Positions 49,691 to 61,640 of a stretch of 64,000 nucleotides of DNA are shown here, one piece after another. The notes below the pieces were generated by a model. That model was not told the DNA's origin, ran no database searches, and saw nothing but the letters and a program-made list of their open reading frames with translations. The position numbers and the translations under genes are program-made. Source of the DNA: Acanthaster planci (taxonomy: Eukaryota); assembly GCF_001949145.1 (NCBI RefSeq), contig NW_019091357.1:3076859-3140858 (forward strand). The letters run 5' to 3'. Position 1 is the first letter of the stretch, and each line of letters starts with the position of its first letter.

Positions 49691-52600
49691 GGCTCTGCAA
49701 ACTGATTTCGGCACGGCGGAGGATTTTGGCTCGCCATTTCCTCCTTGCTTATGCCCGCCCCTAAGTACGGCAGAAGCCTTACAAGTTGGTCCTATAAGTT
49801 TCGTTGATAATTAGGAATGCGCATGTTCACAACGTGCAGTAGAGTTCAGAAATAATCATCGATAAACAAACACATCCACATATTTAGCGACTAATATGGA
49901 AATTTCACGAAAGGCACAGGGTAGATCACTAGACGGTGCTTGAGGGAAATTGGATTTCAGTTACGCAATTTGTCTTTCAAATTCCTGCTTAAAATGAGAT
50001 AAGATCAACTCAAAGGTGATCTGTGAAACTAAAAACCATGTCCGAATGTTAAAATAAGACTTTCCGATATCGAACTGGTTACCTGGGTGACGTCACTGCA
50101 GGATAGCCCGGAAACATGAAATCGGGCCATTAGAATAAAAAGGCCTCGATTTTTTTCGAAAGACAAAGTACTCTTAGTAGACAGGTGCTCGCCGAGGCTA
50201 AATTCGTTTTCTTTGTGACTCAGGCTGAAAGATCGCAAAATCACATTGTGTGTTGTGCAGGTCCGCCATGTTAGATTTGTTTAAGTCCGACTAGGATTTT
50301 TGAATAAGCTCTACGTTTGAAACAGCTGCCGTGCTGACGCCGTGCTAACGTCGCACTCAATTTTACTTTATTTGACAAGGAATAAGCACGACGTTTGAAA
50401 CGGGCCCGAGGAGGATTTATATCATTGGATGTCAAAAAGGCCAACTTGAACTCTGTTCGAACAACTGTTTACATTCCTGGGCTATAAACATGTCAGACAG
50501 AGATATATAACTTTGAATAGCGCTTATTACAACAGTTGAACACGTAAACATAATAAAGTCCATGAAGTGAAAACAGTTGACTATTGACACTTATAGTAGA
50601 CAAATAGGGCCTAAGGGGGGAAAATCGCTTTTGTTATTGTATCGCTTTTGTAGGCAGAAGAGAGGAGAGAGGGCAACACCGCCTACAAAGAGCTGTTTGT
50701 TCAGTAATCGACCACAATTAGGATTTGCATAAAATTACCATGCACTGAATGCTAATAAGGTATGCATTGCTGGCGTCTCCAGGGTGTCTCAGGGGCTGTT
50801 TCTGTTACCAGAATGCACAAAGGGTTTACTTGAGCCTATCCCAGTGAAGCAATATACTCTTGCCGTCTGGAGAGGCATCCACGCATAAACTCTATTGTCG
50901 ATCGAGTGACACTGCTTCACTGCACATCCTTGCAAATGGCACAGAGATTTTTTCCGGACTTAAGTCCGTGCCCGGTCTACAATTCCTCCCGAGGGATTTT
51001 GGGAGGAATGAAAACACTCGAACTGCCGAATAATCTCTGTTTCTGCCATACCGATCTGTTTGCCAAAGGCATGTTGACATTGACAACATCTGCAAAAGCA
51101 ACAATTCTCCCGCACTTCCGTCGGTATTATTTTTCCCGCCCAGTGATTAGCAGTGTAAGGGAATTACCGACAAATGACGACAGCCAGCTGTCGTGTGTTT
51201 CTTACGTATATACCCCAAGCTAAATATTATCAGCGCTTGCATCATGCTGATACTAAGTCTTGCGCTCAGAACTAAAAAGTGTGTTTAGCATTATTTAGGC
51301 TCACCAAACCACATTTTGAGATATCGATTCATATTCATTCAGATATTCTTCAAGCCAAGCCTCCAGGTGTATTTTATAATAATAATAATTTCATAAAAAG
51401 GTTTTAGGGGGTATCTTATATCATTCATATAGCCTGTTGCGAATATTATGACGATTACAACCAACGGGTGTGGCTTGTGCCAAAGTTACCCCAGGGTGCC
51501 AAAGTTACCCGGTTTACGGTATGTACGTTACGGTATGTACTTTTACCATATTAAATGCTCTGATGATGTGCCGATGAACTCAACCGGTCAACTCAATGAT
51601 GTCACTGCTAGAAATAGCAGTATAGGCAAAGCCCTCTGAAATGATGCCAAACTTCACGCAAGGACATTAACTGAACTGCTTGAAAACGCCCTCAAAATAT
51701 TGGAAGAATTTCATTTTTAAAAAGGCAAACACTCTTAACTTTCGAGGTAAATGGAAGCAGACACATTCTAGATATCCACTTTAAATCATCTTTTTATTCA
51801 CCATTCTGTCAAAATGACACAACTAAGAGGAATCTTTTCTACTTTAGCTGTCCAAAAATGTGAAAATCCCAAAATGTGCTTGTGAAAAAAGCGAACGTTT
51901 TACTTCAGGAGGCGAATACACAGTTTCGACTTTCCGGGGACATTCCTCATGTAGCCAAAGCGGGTCACGTTTTATTCTGTCGTTCAATAGATCAAACTGA
52001 CGTTTTGTGCTACTACAATCTCAAATCTACCCATTTTCCGACCCTTGTTTAAAAGTAAATACCTGATTTTCAGGTGGAGTAGTGACAGCCATCCCAGTGG
52101 TGGAAACGTCGACGGTGTGAATGAGTTTGATTGCTTGGGAGCAGAATTTGGACGCGGCCAACTTGAGAATTTTTTTCTCTATTACTATATGGGTTACTAA
52201 GCTATTGTTTTAAGAGCAATTCATGTAGCCCGTTGAGCCCTCGGGATAACCAGGAAATAGAAATATTTTTATAAATGTTTACTAAAACCCTTCAAAATTG
52301 CATCTGTGGGTTTCAATTAACCTTATTTTGAATTTTTGTTTTGCAATTTTAATTTAACGCATATTTTGATGATTTTTGATTATGGTAATGCACATTTGTG
52401 TACTCAAAGCATTCAATAATTATTTGCTTTTACGAGATATCTTTACTTTGATGAATAAATACCCCTGTACTACTAAACACGGCAAACTTTTCTGCTCGAC
52501 TGTATATTGCACGGAAAAGCCGACAGAAGCCCATCATTTGTTGTCTTGTATTTTGCCAACTGCGCGGAGGGCAACTTTTGCAGGTTTTGGAATGGAACGA

Positions 52601-55295
52601 AATTTATATGAAATCCGAAAACATGCACATTTTGCTGACAGTAACAATGATGATATCATAAAATTTTTCAAAACAAAATATGGTACAGGGTAGGTTTCGT
52701 GCAGAATCAATCTTATACTTAAACAAACTAGTAATGCTGTGCAATTATAATGTGGTCCGATAAACTTGATGCTGATGCAAAGTGTTTTAAAAATCATGAA
52801 ATCATGTGTTACAAAAAAAACAGATAAGCACGATAGACCTCTCAGCTTTGTTAGATTGGGTGTGGTTCACGATGGATGATGCTACTTTTATAGCCAAACA
52901 TAACTTGATTGAAACATTCATGTCAGATATCTGAAAACTGTTTTTAGCGTGCGGCTTTCTTCTGTAGTCCGACTATGTGCAGTATCCCAGTTTGGCCGTG
53001 CGCACTTTACGAGGAAGTTTATTTTTAAGCACCACCGTGCCGAGTAGCTTTATATAATCCTGCACAAGTAGATTGTTTGCCAAGGAAGCGACTCATTAGT
53101 CCCTGGATGACAGCCATTCAAGGAAAGGAGTGTACTGTGGACGAATGTTTGACAGCACAAAGCGACGAGAATTGCCTGGCAAATATCGATTCTTGTGTGC
53201 ACCCATGTATGGCTTTCGAAAATGTTTACACTGGCGAGCATACAGCTGTCGCTTTTCGATTTTTCCCCAACTGATCCAAAGGTAGTACGGGCACTGATTT
53301 CATGAGAAAGATTTAAGTGTGAATTTGACTAAGAGATATTAACCACTTGCATTTGTTTGCGCCACCTCTGAGGTTTTACGTCGGGAGAGTGCCAGGTAGG
53401 TGTTTTTTTTTCTTTCTTTGGGGGAGTTCATACAAAATTCATTATTTTGTGACCTTCATTACGATAATTATTCGAATATATTATATTGTTGAAAATTTGC
53501 CATAGTGGGTGCTTTTGATATCCTTGTGAGAATGATAGGCAACTCTTGATTTTGGTAGAATTGTTATTTCTGTTGCTCGGCTGTGATGTAAAAACCCATT
53601 TTAATATTTTTGAAATGTAGCCTTATATCTTAGGAAGGCTTTAAAAGGCCACATAAATAAATTTGAAGTTGTTTCCCCCAGCAAAAAAACCTATTTGCCC
53701 CTCATCCCCTTCAAACATTTGGTTTTGGAGCAGCCTTTGGTTATTGCCCTCTTTAAAAGACCCCTTGGAGCGTTGGGGGTAACTTGCTTGCGACTTTTCC
53801 CCTCCTGAGTAATGTCGGTCATGGAATTTAGTCCTTCCTGATGGGTATCATCTCAACGAAAATGTAGCTCGGGGTTCTTTTTAAGTTTACAACAGGAAGA
53901 GTAAGCAGGTTTTTAAGTTGGCTTCGTACGAGCATACAGCGGTGATGTTTCGAAGGACAGCGCTGTGACGGGGCATTGCTAACCCAGGGAATGAATCACC
54001 TAGAACAGGGAGGGAGTTTCCTGCCAAAGTATTTAAAAATTACTGCTCGGTACTTACGTGGCTATACGTTGAATTCTATTTCAGTCGCTTCCAAACAGTG
54101 TTTAGGCAGTAATTGCAACCAAGTTTACCTGAAGTTTAAATATTAAAACTGTTATACTCGTGGAACTGTAAGGAACATAATTACAAGTTAGCAAGAATTA
54201 ATCTACTTGTATAAAACAAAACCAAAATAAATCGAACGAAAAAACCTAGGGTATGTGATGAATGCCTGCTTGAATGCATGTATCGAACTCGCTGTCATCT
54301 TGGCATTAAGTTTGCAATTAAAAAAATACAAAACAATTTACAAGTCAATTGAAGTGGAATTTATCCGTATGATTCTTCTTCAGGGTTGATTTGACCTTCA
54401 AGAATTTAAGAGGATGGTTCCTGACCTTGGTTTGCCACGGGTATGTGGACCAAACTTACCCGCCTCAATGCTGGCCTGGAATTTTGAAAATTTAGCGATT
54501 CGTCTAGTTTTTTAAAAAATGGCATCAAAGGCCTACACCCTTTTATAATAGCCCAATTTTGTTTCCTTTTTAAATGTTACCCTATTTTAAAGGTGGGACG
54601 CACCATATGTAAATCAAAATGGGACTGTCCGATGATTCTTATATCTTTTTGAATGAAAGAAAATGAACTGTACATGAAACATTTTTATACAGAGAACAGA
54701 TGTTGTGCTCTGTTCTTTTTAACGATTTTTTCTTACAATTGTTGGAAAGTTGCAGCACGTCAGTATGTCCAAATGGCGTTATGAACTGACAGAAATGGGA
54801 AAACTGTAAGACAGAAAATGTAAGAAAATATACATTTGTTTGAAGTTTTTTTTTTTCAGGCGAAAAATCTTACTTCGCTGGCTCTGCACCGCTTGGCTAA
54901 CGCAGCTAACCTTTGCAAGCTGTATCCAATGAAAGCAGCCCCTTTTTTCGACAACAAAAACTGCCATTTCCAAACGTTAAACGTCCTGTTGTCGGGCAAA
55001 ATTTCCTCAGTGCCCATAACTACTGGTTATGGTCTACATCTGTAGACTGAAATGTGATTTGTACTTGCATTGACTACGTGAAAGCGTGGTCACGGTGGTC
55101 ACGTGGTATGTTTGCATACATGGCGCCTCAAATGTGTAGCTTTTCTTTTTTGGTTATAATTTTTAAATTTTTTTTAATTCAAAACTTATTAGATTTATGC
55201 CATATGTACATATCATTCCCAGTTCGGCCTAGGCTGTAAGCAACTTCAAAGGGCATATTCCTGAAATGTTAAGTCTTTCTATCGTTTCGAAAAAA

Positions 55296-55960
55296 TTATG
55301 ATGATGATGAAACATTTATTTCAATGTTTTCATTCTTTACAATGTAACTAAACACGTTCACATTGTATACTGAATATATCTGGCCATTAAATTGGGTAAC
55401 AATGCATAAAATAGGACTATACATTTGATAATTTAGATGGCAACATTTAGGTTTAAGGTTATTAGCAGGAACGCTCTTGTACCTCAACCTTTAGACAGAT
55501 GACAACCATACAATCTAACATATGACAGACAAATGACGAACAACACTAAACAAAAAAGTGTGAAACAACGCCGCATTAATAGAGCACAAATAAATATGAT
55601 TTGGGAATATGAGCCAAGCAACTGGGTTCTCAGTTTTCTAACAAACACAAATAAAGAAGGTATTGACTTGAGAGAATCTTCTAGACCATTCCAGTACAAG
55701 ATACCTTTATGAATAACATCGTTCTTAGCCAATGACACTCTGTTAAATTGGACATACAAGTTTCCTCTCACACTGCTTCGGGTATTATAATTATGAATGT
55801 TAGATGCTAAAGTAAAACAAGAATTAAAACTTGAAAGGAGTAAATTGTGCATAAGTTTGTACATGAATATTCCCAGATTAAGTTCATATAAATGGTTACA
55901 TTGCAATAGGTTTAATTTTATAGCAAACAAAGTAGCAGAATGATCACGATGGGCAAATGA
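55296..55960 (-). mobile_element. 5'-truncated CR1/L2-group LINE (ORF2 C-terminus, 3' UTR and tail)
   Basis: HSATLF...IFMYKLMHNLL...IHNYNTRSS...KGILYWNGL...SIPSLFVF is the typical C-terminus of CR1/L2/Crack-type ORF2. The minus strand ends AATAAATGTTTCATCATCATCATAA, a (TCA)n tail. Confidence 0.85.
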
Positions 55961-57589
55961 CTTTACTCCTCGATGAAATTCTTTTGATCAATCCACAGCG
56001 TTTTATTGTAAACAGAGCCATATTATTCCGAGTTTATTTTACTGACTACTGTCCGTGTCTAACCTCGCTTTTTGGATGGGAGAAAAGCAGCTGTTTGTAT
56101 TTGCTCTGAAGGCCGATCCTGCTTGACATGCGTCGTTCGCGCGCACTCAGTAATGCACCTTGGATTTTGTGCAAGACAATCTTCGCCTTGACCGTTGAAA
56201 TTGCACTTGTGTTGTGATTGATTTTTGGAGCAGTAAACTCAAAACATAAAACAAGTCAATGGAGTGACAGTAGCAGTAAGGTAACCCGCAAATCAGTTAA
56301 TCCTGTAAAATTCCATCCAAAAGCCCATGGTGAATTCTACCTTTATGCGAGAATTGTTTGTTTTCAGAATATAACCTTTTATAACCCGGCGCCACATTCT
56401 TTGCCGAATAAAATGTCCATTCTCATCCTATACCAGCAATAATCTCTTCACAATGTTCTCTTTGAATCCTACAGAGGTTTTTCACATGGAATGAGCCACC
56501 ATCAGCGGCATGCAACGGTTTACAAGAAAAAAAAGAATGGCTGCATTCAAATCGATGACGTTCATTGCATTCACATTGATGACGTTTAGCCTGATTTATA
56601 CAGCAAAACTTTCTAGAAGAGATCATCGTCTAACATTCTTCGAAACAGGTGAATAAATAGGTGTCCAAATTAACGGTGTAAAATCTGCGTATTTATTGCT
56701 TAAAACGGATTTTTCACGTAGCTGCTTATGATGATCATTATTACTAATGGGAGAAACAAAAAACATCCATATAGGGAAATGTACGATGGATAACTATTAC
56801 ATGTATATTCAAAATATCCTACCGTCTTTGCTCCACTTTAAACCCCATCGCACTACGACCTTTTAAGTTTACAATAAATGTAAACATTAACTTCTCCTGA
56901 CACCCAGCCTGGTTTAGTCGTGTCGTGCCACAACCGATCCCAACAGCGGCTTCCATGCATATCCGGCTACAAAATGCACGACGTTTGACACACATTTCCG
57001 ACATGCTCGGGCTTGAGTGTACATAGAAAGTTAGGAACAGGTCCAGATAAGGCGTCTGGCAGAGCATAGACTGACGGTCGTACACTTTGTACCGGAAACC
57101 GTGCACGATATGAGGCCCATGGGTACCCCCCACACACACATGTGAAATTCCTAGACTATTGTTACCTAATACATCCCCCCCCCACATGTCTGTAAAGAAT
57201 TCCGGAGATTCCGATCAAACAATGACCAACACAAAGGTGGGGAGGGGTGCTCTCCGCCCCATATCTTGCATCATATGTTGTACCGGTACAGGCTTTTTAT
57301 ATTCGAGCTCACGTGGTCCCTTCTGTTATACACCTGGCTAAAATGCCTCGACTTTTTGTTCTCTGATAGATTGCAAATTATGAAAAGACGTGCTGGTGTG
57401 TGCTTATACGGAAGATCTGGAGGTTTTGACAAAAGTCTTTGTGCCAAGTGTACCTGAGAAATTTTGGAATAAAAGGTTTCATAACATGAAGGTCCCTCAG
57501 TTGTAATGCATGCTGTCAAAGACAACGTAATTTTCAAGGATTTACCTTTAAATCAAACTGAGAATGCAACCTGGATAAATGATATTGAA

Positions 57590-58240
57590 AGGGTGTCTTT
57601 AAAAATGGAATCCCAGATAAATTTGTTTATTTTTGAATGTGAATGATTATTTTCATAAATGGTAACCATCATCTGTGTCATCCTGGTTTTTTTCATATAA
57701 CACCAAGAAATCCGTGTTTCCGTCACAGATGACTGAGCATGAAGGGGTTATGGACAATTCAGAAATGGCTTAGCACAAAATAGCTGTTTTGCTGTTAAAT
57801 TCATACTATCAAGAGAAGGCCTTTGTTGGAATTATGTAATGTTTGCCGGAATCTCCAAAATGCACGATACCCATTTAAAAGCGATGAAAACCGGTACAAG
57901 GGAAGAAGTCTTCGTTGAAAGAAATGGGGAACATGTGAACACTGGGGTTAGCTACTACAAGAGTAAGCCCCTAATTGTGGTTGTCTTTGCATTAATGATT
58001 TTAACAGTGTACGTAATGCTTTACGCCGTGCAAACCTATGACACATCTGGTGCAAAGCCATTTCTGACACAGTCCATTAAAGTTTGCGCTCAGTCATGTG
58101 TGGCGGAAATGAGGATTTCTTGATGTCATGAGAAAGAAGACATCATACTGAAACAGATTATAATTTCCATTTACAAAAATCATTAGTTACATTCAAGAAA
58201 AATAATTAATTAATCTCGGTCTTTTTTAAGACACCTTGTA
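57590..58240. mobile_element. Possible Tc1/mariner-type MITE remnant
   Basis: AGGGTGTCTTTAAAAA at 57590 versus TTTTTTAAGACACCTTGTA ending at 58240; short imperfect TIRs only. Confidence 0.35.
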
Positions 58241-58316
58241 TTTCTGTCAGCGGCGAATCCACCTTTTGGCTTCAGGCAAATTCAAAAGCGAATGCAGCTT
58301 CGTGCTCATTCAATAT

Positions 58317-58378
58317 GAGCCCGAAGCATGTTTATTTGATAAATAAAGAGCCCGAAGCGTGTTTATTTGATAAATAAA
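58317..58378. repeat. 31-bp tandem duplication
   Basis: GAGCCCGAAGC(A/G)TGTTTATTTGATAAATAAA x2. Confidence 0.9.
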
Positions 58379-60951
58379 TACACCGATTACTTTCTCTCCT
58401 ACTCAACCCTGAAGTATTCTTACGTTTGAAAATGTCGTGGGTGTCAAACTGCCCCCCTGCCCCACCCCCAAACAGGATACGCTTCTGATTTCAGTCTTAC
58501 ATCAGTGTTTGAATCTAGGCGCAGAAATTTCCATTGTAACCATGCTGTCTATCTGTTATAGGGGATGGGGGTGACTTAAATCCCGACCGTAGAAATTACA
58601 TAAGGGGGGCATTGCCAGACATCACTTGAAACAAGGGGGTGCCATTCATGAAAAGAATGCACATCTTATGTATACTTACACCCCTTTACCTTGCATTAAA
58701 ACGGCAAAGTTAAAGCTTTTGCATTCTGTCTCCCCTTTTCATTAAAATATTCGGCTGTTGGAAATTCAAAAAATACCTCCCAATCTGTCTTTCTCTCACC
58801 ACGAAAGAAAAAGAAAGGATGAGCCAATAGCTCCCCCTGTTCAAGAAGTAAGGAGATATTTACCCCCATTCGCGGGCGTTTATGACCCTGCTTCATCCTA
58901 ATTAACCGTTCCTGTGAAACTCTTTCCTGTTTCTGTCGTTTGCCATGCAGAAAAAGAGCACTTTCGCAAGCATTTCAAAGACACCAGGACATCAAAGCGT
59001 TATCCAATAGAGGTGAGGCCATCGGGTGTTCGGTGATTTACAAAAAATGAGACAAGAAAAGAAAGATTTGAACAAGTTTTGGCTTATCCACACTGAATGT
59101 AACTATATATGTTTATTATGATTAGCTTTCATTTTGCCACGATTAACATTTACCTCTGGATATCCTAAAACGAGCAACCATTAGATCATTCAAAGAGGGT
59201 AACACTGAGCTACGTACACAATTGAATTTCACAAAAGAATTTTACAAAACGTGCTGGGAAGGATTATCTCCTCTCAGGCATTTCAAAACGGGAAAACTGT
59301 CCATTTATTCCTGGGGAAATTACGGTAGTTGATGTTGCTACATACAAGCTTAGTGAAGCTCTCTGGAAACAATATACACATTCACATTTATATACAGTCT
59401 CACTTGTATAAACAATACCGTCGATGATTTCACGAAGTGACAAAAACCTGAAAAATTGATTTTTTCGATATGGAGTTTTGCGGCCTTTTGGGAACATTGG
59501 GACAGGTTGGCTCGGTATTACAGCCAAATTTTGTTTACTTTCTTAAATACCGCAAACAAAATTTGACAAAAAGCTCGGTCTCTAGGATTTTTGGGTCTCG
59601 CAAGTGACAAAGCCTTCTTGGCACCAGGGCAAAAATGGTGACAAGATGCAGTGTGCACGCGTGCGAACGATATTGAACATAAAACCCTGGGCGCATAATA
59701 CAATAGGCAAGTAGTAAGACCTTCGTGCAGGTTTTACAATCTCACTAAGTGTAAAAAAAAAAAATTGGTAATGAATTACTCTTTAAATTAAAGCAACAAA
59801 TTCACAAATTAGTGTGGATTAGCATTTTTCAAACCTCACTTTACATGACTTTGTAAAAATTTCCCCGGTCGATGGTCGAAAATATAGGATGAAATAGGTC
59901 ATATTTTAAAACGCGTTTTTCTCGGATGTCTGTTTTGCGCGAAAGGGAGGTTTTAGTCTCTTTGTGAGATCATCGACGATAAGTCAGTGCAAGGCTAAAA
60001 ACTGTTATTAAAAATTAATATACACATGATAAAGATCAATCAGATTGAAGATACAAACTTAGAAAACATATCACAAACAAATCTTTTTGTATCTCACGGT
60101 CCTGTTACTCTTCCTCCGTAGACATATATAAATGCCCACACTATCCAACTGTCCTCTGCTTCAGGTCGTTTGATCAGGTGCTTTTACAACAAACTAGAAA
60201 CGTTTAAAGCAAAATGCCACTGTTCGAAGGTTCTGGTAACTATTATCCCAAAATGTAATAGCTGTCACGCTAATAAGTCAGGCTCTAGTCGATAACGAGT
60301 TGAAGCGAGCGTCCCCCCCCCCTGAATAAAACATACTTCAAGGCTACAAATTGAGCCTTAAATTAAAAAACACTTAAAAAGTACTCTTTTCCAACTCGGA
60401 AATAGATTGAGAAAACCCTTCGGTACTCTACGCAAAGCAAGTTGAACTAAGTACCTCTGACTTCCTTCTTTTGTGCCCACGACCCCACATTATGACGCTC
60501 AAGCTGCAATACGAGATTCAGGTGGCTATTATAATGTATCACCCGCACGCTTCGAACATTGACATTTTGCTTTAAAAGCCGCGTTTAACAACAGCGGTGG
60601 GTAGTAGGGCACATAATGGGGACGAAACATTATTTCCCACTCTTAGTATCTGTCCACCTTGAAGAACGTATGTCAAATCGAGCACTTAAAGCTTCGCGGG
60701 ATGCTCCAATGTTACTTTTTGTAAAATATATTTTACAAATGAAGAAAAAAGATAATTCGTTGAAGCCCAAAGGCTACAGAACTATTTACAATTAATGTGC
60801 AGTTTTCAAGTCACATTTATGATGCAATGCGAGTATGATGCGGAATTTGACTTCAAATGATAAGGAATTCGAGATCACATAAGTTTGATTCAACTAAAAT
60901 AGACGTTCACTTATCTTCCTCCTATAATTCGAACGTTATGAGTGTGTGATT

Positions 60952-61245
60952 GGGGAGTCAAATTAGCGTAGCGGTTCTTTCCTCGTCTTCCACCTCTGCA
61001 GTCCGGATTCAAACCCCGGCCTGGTCCACAAGTGGATTGGGTTTTCAGTCCTTACCTGATTCCGTGGGTTTTACTCAGAATATTCCTTTGGGGTTTTCCT
61101 CCCACCTCTAAAACTGCAACTGCTTCTCATTGTCCCCTTTGTACAGGTTTCTTCAAGCTTGCAAGCTACAGTGCCTGGGGCACTTTGGGGGAATTCTTAG
61201 TGTCATTACCAGAAATAACAATAATAATAATAATTAAGCTTGCTA
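60952..61245 (+). mobile_element. tRNA-derived SINE, related to 4200-4419
   Basis: GGGGAG...TTAGCGTAGCGGTTCTT head shared with the 4200-4419 copy, B-box-like GGATTCAAACC, GGTTTTCCTCCCAC core, (AAT)n tail. Confidence 0.75.
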
Positions 61246-61640
61246 GATTCTCTAGCAGGCAAGCATCATCGAGTCGCCACAAGAAAAGTGAGAAAAATTT
61301 CATCATGCACAAGGTTTCTAATTAGAATTATATAGTAATGTTCGTTTGAAAAGAAAAGTTGATAGTGCTTCAAAGACAAACACTGCAACATCCTCTGATT
61401 GGCTGTTGCATTCAGTAATGGTACAGTGTTGGCTGGTCTATAGACCGACTCACTGACGTCATTACTGCTGTGTCCCTGTTACTTAGGCACGCTTTCCTAT
61501 GCTTGACGAGCACATGATGTTGGTTAGCAGTGAGCTGCTATTAGCTGACGAGGAAGCATTTAACGCGCGTCTCTTTTGTTCACGTGCGTGGGGACGGCGC
61601 AGTAATGGCTCCTAATCCTTGTGACCGGATGGTCTATTAC